Shown here piece by piece: positions 53,116 through 64,000 of a stretch of 64,000 bases of DNA (within the stretch, counting starts at the first letter, position 1; each line of letters starts with the position of its first letter). The position numbers and the translations under genes were made by a program. Under the pieces are notes generated by a model. The model searched no databases. It worked only from the letters and a program-made list of their open reading frames with translations, and was not told the origin of the DNA. Source of the stretch: Octopus vulgaris (lineage: Eukaryota); the NCBI GenBank assembly GCA_951406725.2, contig OX597817.1, positions 50,716,001-50,780,000 on the forward strand, in the 5' to 3' direction.

Positions 53116-53611
53116 CGGTGTAAGTGGAGTTATCTCTGTGTTTGTAATTATGCATGCTTAGATATATGTTTATGTATGTTTATAAAGTCACATATACATG
53201 CCAGCTTATGCGCAGATAGAAACCAGGTTAAATCTCATTTTCCCCTCCATCTAACTGAATAACTTTAACATTCTTCTGCAAGGAGAGATAAGAATAATCT
53301 GCCACATGGCATCAATTTACTTCGTTACCTGCAGAACATCTTATGAAGTTATACCTGTCTTAGTAACAAATCACTTCCTTTACAGTGCTTGAATGTAGCT
53401 AGCAAAACAGCTACTTGTTATCGTCATTATATCGTAAAAAGTTATTGGCGAAAATAATGCTAATTCATGTGAAAACAACTATTTCTCTGTATTATAGTAA
53501 AAGATTTACACGATAAATTTGAATTCGTTGCTGTCGGCGTTAACGCATATCTGAGTAGTTAATCTGTAACGAGTGATTGAGCCTCTTCACACTGATTTGT
53601 ACGAAGTGTGC

Positions 53612-53993
53612 CTATATATGAGATGGGTGTTGCTGTTGAGTGAAGCGGTCTTCGTCCCAGTGGGAGAAGTCCGAAACGTGGTCCTTTGCTATTCCTAAAA
53701 CCCGCAGAAGAGAAAGCAGGTCAACCCCCGACACCGAGAGCATCGACGGATGGATGAATGTGCATCCAGGCTCATCGGTTGCGTAGGAAATCGGGAACAA
53801 GAAACAGAAAGAAAGAGTGAGAGGAAATTGGGGCGAAAGAGTACAACAGGGGTCGCCCCGCCCCGCCGGAGCCTCGTGGAGCTTTAGGTGTTTTCGCTAA
53901 ATAAACACACTCAACGCCCGGTCTGGGAATCGAAACTGCGATCCTCCGACCGTGAGTCCGCTGCCCTAACCATTGGGCCATTGCGCCTCCACC
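53612..53993 (-). mobile_element. tRNA SINE, body A + distinct tail T3
   Basis: Head gtggaggcgcaatggcccaatggttagggcagcgg; tail unrelated to T1 and T2. Confidence 0.8.
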
Positions 53994-54476
53994 TGAGATA
54001 GCTGTTCAGGCAGGGGGTGGTATAGAAGAGCTAGGGCCGTTTATTGCAGGGGAGGGTTGGCTGTGGGACGAGGAAGTGCGACTCGCTCTCTCCGTCTTCG
54101 AAACCTGATTTTTGTCACTTGACGTCTGTTATTTTCCATCTAGTCCGTTTTTTTGATGATCACATGCTGTCATTTAGGGAGGTCCTTAGTGACCGTCTGC
54201 TAGTTATTTGGGCCAATGGAGCTGCAGAGGAGAATGGTTTTGAGTTGGTTTCGGAAACGAGATTTGACGACACCGCATGGTTTAGTGGCAGAGGCCAACA
54301 CCGAAAATAAGTCTTCATTTAACTAGAACTAATTCAAAGGGTATTTAATTCTCATTTTAAAGCTTATCTCTACGGAATTTCTATAGAATTTAGAGCTAGC
54401 ATCGAAAGTTACAAAGTGTCGTAAACAAATACGCCCTTGTAAAGAATGCGAGCGATGATAGAAAAATAGATAATGG

Positions 54477-54531
<55 letters not shown>

Positions 54532-54779
54532 ATTAATTTTTTTACTATTAATATTTTTACTATAATCATTTCTTAAATATAGCCACGAAACACGTGTCGT
54601 TATTCTACCAAATATATACGTTTTTATTATTATTTTGCAATTTACTTAATCATCGGTATATTATTGTTATTTTATTTTTAATATTTCCATTATAAGTAAT
54701 TTTCTAGATGGTGTAATTTAATTGTTTATTTTGATTTGATAAAAGGTGTTGATTTTTAAATATATATATATATATATAC

Positions 54780-55041
54780 TGGCACTGCGTCGGTTGCGAC
54801 AACGAGGGTTCCAGTCGATACCATCAACGGAACCGTTTGCTCGTGAAATTAACGTGCAAGTGGCTGAGCACTCCACCGACACGCGTACACTCAACGTTCT
54901 TCTCAGGGGGATTCAGCGTGAAACTAAATGTGACAAGGCCGACCCTCTGCAATACAGGTATTACTCCTTTTTGCCAGTTGAGTGGACTGGAGTAACGTGA
55001 AATAAAGTGGCTTGCTCAAGGACACAGCGCGTCGCCGGGAA
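54780..55041 (-). mobile_element. SINE, body B + tail T1
   Basis: gtgtccttgagcaagcc body joined to the tail seen at 13085. Confidence 0.75.
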
Positions 55042-55174
55042 TTAAACATACAAACTTACGGTGTTTTCTATGACTCCTGCTTCCGAAGAGGAGTTATGCT
55101 CGACACGTAAAACAACCACTCTGGCCGCTGTTCTTGTTATTTTCTTGATGTCCCTTGTCCGTTTGTTTCTCTCA

Positions 55175-55177
<3 letters not shown>

Positions 55178-55254
<77 letters not shown>

Positions 55255-55367
55255 TATAGATAGATATAGATATAGATAGATACAGATAGATAGATATAGA
55301 TACAGATAGATAGATACAGATATACAGATACAGATAGATAGATACAGATAGATAGATACAGATAGAT

Positions 55368-55398
<31 letters not shown>

Positions 55399-55610
55399 CA
55401 GATAGATATATAGATATAGATAGATAGATAGATACAGATAGATATATAGATATAGATAGATATAGATAGATATATAGAGATAGATATAGATAGATAGACA
55501 TAGATAGATATAGATAGATAGATATAGATAGATAGACATAGATAGATAGACATAGATAGACATAGATAGATAGACAATATTATATACGTATATATATATA
55601 TTTATATATA
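55178..55610. repeat. (TA)n(GA)n(GATA/GACA)n compound microsatellite
   Basis: Direct reading. Confidence 0.95.
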
Positions 55611-55699
55611 TATGAAGGGAAGGGATGGGGTTTGGGTTAAATTTGACAAGTTGCATAAAAGGAAAATAGTAAAACAATATCCCATCACCTGAAAACAGA

Positions 55700-56330
55700 T
55701 GTCCCCAGCTTCCACTATTTTAACAGCTCCGAAAAATGGCACTTGCGTTTCTCAATGTGTCGCTGGGAAGGTCTTCCGAATCCTCTACGAATTTGGCCAC
55801 CAGCTCGGCTTTCACGTTGCAGGCCGAACAGTTGGTGTCTGCACATAGTAATCAAGCGAATTAGAGGAGTAGAAACTGGGGCTGATGAAGGAAGACTTAA
55901 AAGTTCCCGATAACCACTTCCGGGTATATATAGCAAAAGTCGGAATGTTGCTGACAGAAATATGACCTTACTTGTACTTGTGGCGACTTTCACCCTGGGC
56001 GGGTTGAGTCGGCTTCTTGAAGAAGTTTCGTGGGAATATGTGGATTTCACAAGCGGTCCCCAACAATCCCGCATGTAGAGACATCCTGTTTGCTGCAGAT
56101 TGTCCGCAGAGACAGAACGGCCGAGGGGCCGCCGGTTGCCGAAATAGACACTCTGAGGATTTTCAACAGAGCCCCGTCTGCCGGGTTGTGGCCCTAATAC
56201 CACTCGGTGTCAGACCAATCTGCCATGGGTTGCCCTACCAGGAACCGAAGTTCCCGACGGCATAGCTCTGACACTACCCGTTGCCAGCGTCCCCACCACG
56301 GTGAGGAGGGGATGGACTTTCTAGCAACAA
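55700..56330 (-). mobile_element. 5' end of an RTE-clade LINE (5' UTR plus decayed endonuclease start)
   Basis: gagctatgccgtcggg..ctggtagggcaacccatggcagattggtc resembles BovB/Rex3 5' UTRs; downstream ..SATF.. and ..LFGLQRESR resemble APE motifs. Confidence 0.55.
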
Positions 56331-56734
56331 AAATCCCCAACCAGGAATTGATCAAAAATCTCCAGCAGATTTACATAGCCATTTGAATGGCATCTAAGGA
56401 CTTCTCCTGATCCTGACGAAGTAAGACGAATACCGGCGTGCGAACGCACACACAACGCCTACTGTGTGCCTTTCTGCAGGCTAGGCCTTAGTATTCTCCA
56501 CTGTAGCAGTCCAAGTCACGTCTTACAGCAAATTACAGTGATCATAAAACACTGAGCAGTAGTTATGATGGCGGTAATTTGATATCCAGCACGAATCGTT
56601 ATGATACAGTTAATTCTTTTCCAATATTCAGAAAGCTTCCAAGCCTACGTGTCAGTTGGGTTTTTTCTCAACTATGACTTCAATTTTTGCTCTTTCCAAC
56701 GCCGGTCACTTTTCAAATTTAGCCCAAACACACT

Positions 56735-56961
56735 GTATGTGCACACACACACACATACACACACACACACACACAGACAAGCACACACACACACACACAC
56801 ACACACAAACATACACACATATATTGTAATAAATACGTATATATATGCTAATATATATATCTACATATGTATATATATATATGTGTGCGTGTGTATGTAT
56901 ATGTGTGTGTGTATGTTTATGTAATTATATATGTATCTACCTGTATATACATGTTTATATA

Positions 56962-57012
<51 letters not shown>

Positions 57013-57420
57013 TCGTATGTGTAGATATATGCTTTTGTATATTCATGTATGTATGTGTATACGCGTCTATTTGTGTATGCGTGTACGCGTAAATCTGCAT
57101 ATGTGCATGCATATATAGAGACGCATATATACGCACATATATAAATACATACATATATATATAGATAATATATAAATATATACATACATATATATACATA
57201 TAGATATACACATATACATATGTATATATACATACATATATACATATATATGTATAAATACATACATATATATATACATATGTATATATACATATATATG
57301 TATATATACATATATATGTATATATATACATACATATATATATATATATATAAACACGCACACATATATACGTATACACGCATATATATTATATATGTAG
57401 TTATATATGTATATATGCAT
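56735..57420. repeat. (CA)/(TA)/(TG) compound microsatellite
   Basis: Direct reading. Confidence 0.95.
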
Positions 57421-57989
57421 GCAGTCTGTATTTTCTCACCGTAGTTATATATATTTTTCTTATTCAATGTGTCTTCAGCTGCATTATTCAGTTACTAACT
57501 CAGAACCGTTAGCCAAATGCACATAAATGCAGCTGGTTATGCTATTTAAGTTATTCCAGTAAGATGCTCGGTGTTTTTTTTTCTTTTTATTTTTTTGTAA
57601 TCACGTCAATGCGTAAGATTCGATCAGTGACCCTATACGGGATTTAATCAACACCTAAAGTAGTCCGCACGATTTTCCTATGAAACTAACTCAAATCCGG
57701 GTGATTCATTCACGATGTCAATTGTAATTAAATGTATATTACCCAACATGTTTTACAGACAAATATACATATATGTGCGTGTTTGTGTGTGTGTTTGTGT
57801 TCGTGTGTGTGTGAGTGTTTGTGTTTGAAAGTATGCTTGTATGTATGTATGTTTGTATGTATATATATATATATATATAGGTATATGTGGAGGTGTGGTG
57901 CATGGGGAATTGGGGGATGTGTGTGTTTGTATGATTGTATGTATTTTCGTATATATGTTTGTGTTTATATAAGTGTATAAATATATATA

Positions 57990-58033
<44 letters not shown>

Positions 58034-59126
58034 CACTTATATATATATATATATATATTGATAGGTATATGTTGAGGTGTGTGTGTGTGTTACAGCGTCT
58101 ATGTTGCTATCATCCTTATACACCCTTAGTGTTTGATAATCAACAAACATACAACATTGGGTAAAGCAGGAATAACTCACAACTTAAGGAAAACTGTGTA
58201 AAACTTCAATTCCCTTTCACGTCTTGCATTATAACAAACAAGAAATTTAAAAAAATAGTTGTAAAAAAAATAATATTTACTGTCCACATCTATAAATACA
58301 TCTGATTTCCTCTAATTTCCATGACGCTGTTAGTGGGGAGAAACGTTGCAAGGAATTACAGTAAATGACAAGACATAAGCAAATATTGAAATTTACGCGT
58401 CCCAGTTCAAATACTATGGACAGTTTTCAGCAGCGTCTGTGACTTATTTATGGCCAATATTTAGATATTTTACTGAGAGCATGGCCAAGTGTTTGTTTTT
58501 CTTCCCTCTTCTCTCTAATCCGGTCTTGTTCTGTTTGTATATCTTTTGCTTATAAAACTATCCTTATCATATGAATATACGTGGATACATAACTCGCTCA
58601 AGTATGTATACATGTAGAAATATAAATTACGAGTATGTTTGTTTCTTCCTGTTTATTCCTACTCTGACTCATCATGCTTGCATACATAATTTATATGGAA
58701 TATAACTCGTAAGTTTACATGGTTTTATGGTATAGATATTTACATCACATTATGTATACATTTATCTATAAATGTATGTGAGCATGCATGCAGAGGTGTT
58801 TGCATAAACGCATGCAAGTACGTATATACTGCATTTTTGTTTAAATTCTATACGTATATACAAATATTCAGTTTACAGCCTAGACATATTCCTTGGATTT
58901 TAGGCGATATATATATCTATATATACGAGGTGTGTATGAAATGTTTTGACCCTTCAAGGCCTTTGAGCTTTGAAGTCTTGTACCATGTTTTTTATTGTTT
59001 TTATTTAGGCTCAAAACTTGTCATACACCCTCGTGTGTGTGTGTATATATATATAGAAAACTACATGCATATGTGTGTGAGTGTGTGTACATGTATATGT
59101 ATGTGTGTATGTGTTTGTTTGTTTTA

Positions 59127-59362
59127 AGGTACGTGAGCAAGTGATTAGGGTGTTCGGCTCACAGTCGTAAGGACGGGGGCCGATTCCTGACGGCGCTGTG
59201 TCCTTCAGCAAGATACTTTATTTCCTGTTACTCCTGTCCACTCAGCTGTGGACCTGTCATTCAAAGGATGCGCCAGCTTTGTCATGTTCTGAATTTCCGT
59301 GTGAACTACATTAATGGTGCGAGTATCAGGGGAGTGCTCATCCACTTAGCCATTAATTTCAC
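59127..59362 (+). mobile_element. Diverged tRNA SINE, body B + tail T1
   Basis: ctgtgtccttcagcaagatac..gagtgctcatccactt. Confidence 0.6.
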
Positions 59363-59452
59363 ATACATACGTATGTATGTATGTATGTATGTATGTATGT
59401 ATGTATGTATGTATGTATACATGTATGCATGCATGCATGTATGTATGTATGT

Positions 59453-59937
59453 ATGGGAAACAAAATGTGGTGTGGAGTGAAAGCGTTTTAAGAGGCCAGG
59501 ATAATGCATGTAGGATTCAAAAGAGATCTAAGGAAGAATGTTACGATCGAGATGGTGAATGGCAATGACCTTTTTGTGTGCACAGTCTGTAACTGACCAT
59601 GCCTGTCTTTGGCTGGCCTAAAATCTCATCTGCGAACCCATGGAAAACAAACCTCCACCAACTATTCTGCCTATATGTCTGTGCACACCAGTGAATGCAG
59701 TGTATGTCAGAAGGTTTGGAAATCTAATTGAGGCATCAAAAGACATTTTAAGGTCCACAAAGATCAGAACTTATCTGCAGTTCTTGGTGGTCCAAATCAG
59801 AGGTGCAATCTACGTGGGTGTCTTTTCAGAACATTGTCTGGTTTAAAAAGCTACATCAGATGCTGTGATGGTGCTAAGGTGTAGGTACAGGAGACGGTCA
59901 AACTCTGCATAAGGAAGAGACAACCACAAACCATCAT
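59453..59937 (+). mobile_element. 3' end of an RTE-clade LINE with three tandem C2H2-type fingers (pseudogenised)
   Basis: One frame, 59468-59884, with 3 stops: GVKAF*EAR..KRDLRK..FVCTVCN*PCLSLAGLKSHLRTH..ECSVCQKVWKSN*GIKRHFKVH..RCNLRGCLFRTLSGLKSYIRCC. Confidence 0.8.
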
Positions 59938-60522
59938 GTCTGTATATGTACGTTTGCGTTTGGAAATATATGCATGTCATCTGTGTGAACGTTTATGTTT
60001 CGACTGATGTATTTGCAGATCTAATTTTACTTCTGTGTCTTTATGTATATATAAATACGAGCTTAATATTTGGACAGTTTTACACAATGTCAGTATTTTA
60101 TTAATAATTTGTAATTATTGTTTCTTGATTTTATTTCCCGTTCCAGGATTGCAAAACCATATCCACTTGAGGGCTAACTACAAGCCATGCATTGTATTTC
60201 ATGTATAGGTTTGTTTCGTTAGAACTGTTTACCTTTCCTAAGTGTCTATCCATAGTTAGCACTCAGCAAAATATTTCTATGGACCTCTTTTCTATTTGAC
60301 GTACCGCTCTTCACGCCAAATATGCAAACTTGTTCCAAACACGAAGTCCGACACTTGACTATCAATGTTGTCTATTCAGATAGAGGCATTTAATATCACT
60401 ATTGATTTAGCAAGGCCTAATGAAGTCCAATAATGTTTGCGCTTAATTTCAATGACCGTGATCATAGCCATGAATCCAATGAAAGATGGCAAATACAGAT
60501 ATAAACATCAATAGAGAAAGCA

Positions 60523-61227
60523 ATGTACGCTGAGAGCTGTGAGTACCAGAATTTATTTAGGTGTATCCTATCCTCTAAAAGTGTTCGATGTTACCCATTT
60601 CATAATGGGATTTGCTTTTCCAGCCATAGCTATACTGAACATGGTATCATTCCAGCACATATCGGAGAAACAGTCAGGCTATTTATAAAGTAAATGAAAT
60701 GACCTGTGCACACATTTTATAAAATGTGTTCACAGCTGAAACTGTTCCTCCCAAATCGCTATGCACCTAACAATATTCTGGGAATTAAGCAGCAAAAAAG
60801 TTTAGAGATGTGCCGAACACCTTGCGGTTAGCTACACTGTGAAACCAGATCTGTGACTGTATGGAAAGAATTTCGTCAAAAGATTTAGAGGGATCAGGTT
60901 TCATGAAAATATTTTATTCTGTTTCCTGTTCACAGACAACCTGGCTTCGAACGGAGCCATTTTCCGTAGGTTAAATACAAGAAGTGATAGCATCGCCTGT
61001 AAATCACAGGCTATGAAAGAGTAGTATATGAGAGAAGTATATTTCAAAGATACAAACTACACGTGATGTTGCTTGGATTTTCCATAAACCCCATATGCGT
61101 TTTGTTGAAGAAATATGGAAACTACACTATTGGCTTACAAGTACAGAGAAACTACTCCTTCATTGAATGTGGACAAATCTCAAAATATATTTGCCAAATG
61201 TATGAAAGGTACGAATACGACCATTGA
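60523..61227 (+). pseudogene. Possible decayed PAN/apple + C-type-lectin-like coding sequence
   Basis: Non-repetitive. One frame with many stops gives RCILSSKSVRCYPFHNGICF, K*PVHTFYKMC, EMCRTPCG*L and ICVLLKKYGNY..ECGQISKYICQ. Confidence 0.3.
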
Positions 61228-61573
61228 TCGTATTACGAATGTACGTTCTCTTTTAAATTTATTATTATTAGAAGCCTCCCTCTAAGGAAGAAACTAGTTT
61301 ATGACAAAGATACAAAGCTCCATCCTCGGAATGTAGATAACTAAAACGATCACACCTTGAACATACGAAAAGTCATTCCATTTACAGATTCTATTTACAA
61401 TGCACGAGTTAGATGATTGGTATCTTTCTCTGAAAACGTTCGCTTATCCAGATTATCGCATAAGGATTTAAAAAACAAGTGCACTAATTATTATTGGTAT
61501 AATTATGAATTCATTATCGGGATACAGAAGGTGGAACTTTTGACGCAGTTGTCCACTATTAATCCTATAATTG

Positions 61574-62065
61574 TATGTATGTATGTATGTATGTATGTAT
61601 GTATGTATGTATGTATGTATGTATGTATGTATGTATGTATGTATGTATGTATGTATATGTGTGTGTGTGTATGTATGTATGTATGTATGTATGTATGTAT
61701 GTATGTATGTATGTCCTCGTAGATTTCTAATTTCTAATTAACGGTCGAAGAACCAGAGCAAAGCTGTTTCATTATATATAGATGGTTGAATGGATAGATG
61801 GATTTATTTAGGTATGTATGAATTTACGTATGTATGTATGCATGTATGTTTGTATGTATGTATGTTTGAAATATGTGTGTGTGTGTGCGTGTGTATGTAT
61901 GTATGTTTGAAATATGTATGTGTGTGTGTGTCTGTGTGTGTGTGTGTAAGTATGTATGTATGCATCTATGTATGTATGCATGTATATATGTATGTATTTA
62001 TGTATGTCTGTATGTATGTATGTATGCATGTGTGTTTGTAAGTATGTATGTATGTATGTATGCAT
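61574..62065. repeat. (TATG)n/(TG)n arrays
   Basis: Direct reading. Confidence 0.95.
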
Positions 62066-62749
62066 CTATCTATGTTTTCTTTAATTACTATTTGGAGAAA
62101 TCCTATAAAACAGGAATTGGTTTCTTACAGAGAAACAACGCTCAGTGAATGGAAATAGAATAAGAGCAACGATGAAAAGTTACATTCCGTCTTGCAAAAA
62201 AAATTTATTCATATTTTTACTACTTCGCATAGAGATTACTCTTATAAAGAGTGCCAAAGCTGGTCACTTGCTCTGCGGGAAAATTATTGCTTTACATGAT
62301 TGCTTCTTCGATCTTTGCCAACTTAAACAAGCGCACCGAGTTATAAATGTGGATTTATAATCTGTGTGCAGAAGCTAAAAATTTTGCAGTAAATATTTTC
62401 TTTTTCATTGATTTTGAAAGCAATGTTCTCTTATGAGGACAGCTGATCTCTACAACAGTGAACAATTTTCTTCTTTCTCTAAAGCAATTGTATTACGTCT
62501 GTTGAAACGGGATGAGGGGTTTTAAATAGGAATGGTTAATCAATCTCCCTGTCGGCAATGCTTGTGTGTGTATTGATAAAAAAAAAGTCAGGAAGGGTTT
62601 AGTCACGGTAATTGGCCCCAGTACTTATTTTTCAAGCTTGATACTTATTCACTGAGTGTCTGGTTTTGCCGAACCGCTAACTTATAGGGACGCCAACAAA
62701 CCAACACCGATCGTCAAGCGGTAGGAGGCAGGCAAACAAAGATACGGAG

Positions 62750-62797
<48 letters not shown>

Positions 62798-62800
<3 letters not shown>

Positions 62801-63011
62801 CTTTTACTTGTTTCAATCATTTGACTGCGGCCATGCTGGAGCACCGCCTTTAGTCGAGTAAATCGACCCCAGGCCTTATTCTTTGTAAGCCTAGTACTTA
62901 TTCTATCGGTCTCTTTTGCCCAACTGCTAAGTTACGGGCACATAAACACACCAGTATCAGTTGTCAAGGGATGTTGGGGGGACAAACACAGACACACAAA
63001 CACACACACAC

Positions 63012-63042
<31 letters not shown>

Positions 63043-63205
63043 CGACGGGCTTCTTTCAGTTTCTGTCTACCAAATCCACTCACAAAGCTTTGGTCGGCCC
63101 GAGGTTATAGTAGAAGACACTTGCCCAAGGTGCCATGCAGTGGGACTGAACGCGAAACCATGTGGTTGGTAAGCAAGCTACTTACCACACAGCCACTCCT
63201 GCCTC
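62798..63205 (-). mobile_element. CORE-like tRNA SINE, apparently nested in the microsatellite of an older copy (halves at about 62620-62760 and 63230-63370)
   Basis: Full reverse-complement copy flanked by diverged 3' and 5' halves in the same orientation. Confidence 0.75.
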
Positions 63206-64000
63206 TATATGCACATATATATATATGATCAGCTTCACTCAGTTTCCATCTACCAAATCTACTCATAAGGCCTTGGCGGGCCCAGGGCTATGTTAGAAGG
63301 CAATTGCCCTCAGTTCCACGTGGTGTGACAGAACCCAGAACCCTGTTTTGGGGATGCAAACTTCTTACAGCTTCTATTTAATATTTATTCCACGGGAATT
63401 CTTACCACAAACGTTATTGCTCTAGCAGCATCATGCTCGATCGTAGAGCGTACAATTAATGACATTTTTGAGCAATTACTGCCAGTGTGTGGTCCTGAAA
63501 CCATCATCTGTCATGGAATGCGAAAGGTGCGGATTTAATGACTTTGCAACCTCTTTGTTCATCGTGCCAAAGCAATAACTTCGAAATGTGAATTGAATTG
63601 ACGTTCCCGAGTTTAAGAGAGGTTACGCTTGCTATCATTATTAATTTCATCCACAGGTTTACAATGAATAAACCCATGCATAAGAATTTTAGCAGGGTAG
63701 GTGAACAGAATATTTCTCCCTTTCAAGTCATTGGATGCACTGGTTCTCAATTCTGGTGTTACATGGAAGCTCCCTAGGAAGTGAATGCTTATTGTATCAG
63801 TATATTTCACTCTTGCATTGTTCTACACATGTATGTGTATACAGGGTGGCCTAAAAGTCACTTGACTATTTCAAAATATAATATTCATTAGATATTCACA
63901 TTTATACTTTTATATACAATAAATATTTCGTTTTTAGATTTGGTTTGCAAGATTCTTTATATGAGTTCGTGTGTTGAAGCATATTCTGTTGTGTCTGGAG

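Noticed and set aside
53630-53690. Hammerhead-like gtgaagc-stem-gaaacgtggtc in SINE tail T3
   Set aside because: The core is mismatched, there is no stem I, and it lies antisense to the Pol III head.
56408-56440. ctgacgaagtaagacgaat hammerhead-like string
   Set aside because: Stem II is only 2 bp, GAAU replaces GAAA, and there is no stem I.
63385-63830. Unique coding-like sequence (65-aa minus ORF)
   Set aside because: Multiple stops flank it and no domain is recognisable.

Overview
This is AT-rich eukaryotic intronic or intergenic DNA, saturated with microsatellites and transposon debris. The repeat content resembles an octopus (coleoid cephalopod) genome, which is an inference from repeat style rather than something verified. 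There is no intact protein-coding gene, and nearly all ORF-track entries are microsatellite or SINE read-throughs. Recognisable elements are: (i) over 20 copies or units of a tRNA-derived Nin/Deu-domain SINE, often in tandem arrays, with a 42-bp target duplication showing insertion into its own head; (ii) CORE-like and V-like tRNA SINEs with shuffled heads, bodies and tails; (iii) CR1 and RTE LINE fragments, one RTE end encoding three C2H2 fingers; (iv) non-autonomous Helitron, Helentron, hAT and MITE elements; (v) several unrelated Penelope-type minimal hammerhead ribozyme motifs, with compensatory core variants U3-A8 and G3-C8, and one fused behind a tRNA-like Pol III head. A few candidate minus-strand exons and a possible decayed PAN/C-type-lectin gene are low confidence. 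All calls were made by eye and boundaries may be off by a few bases.
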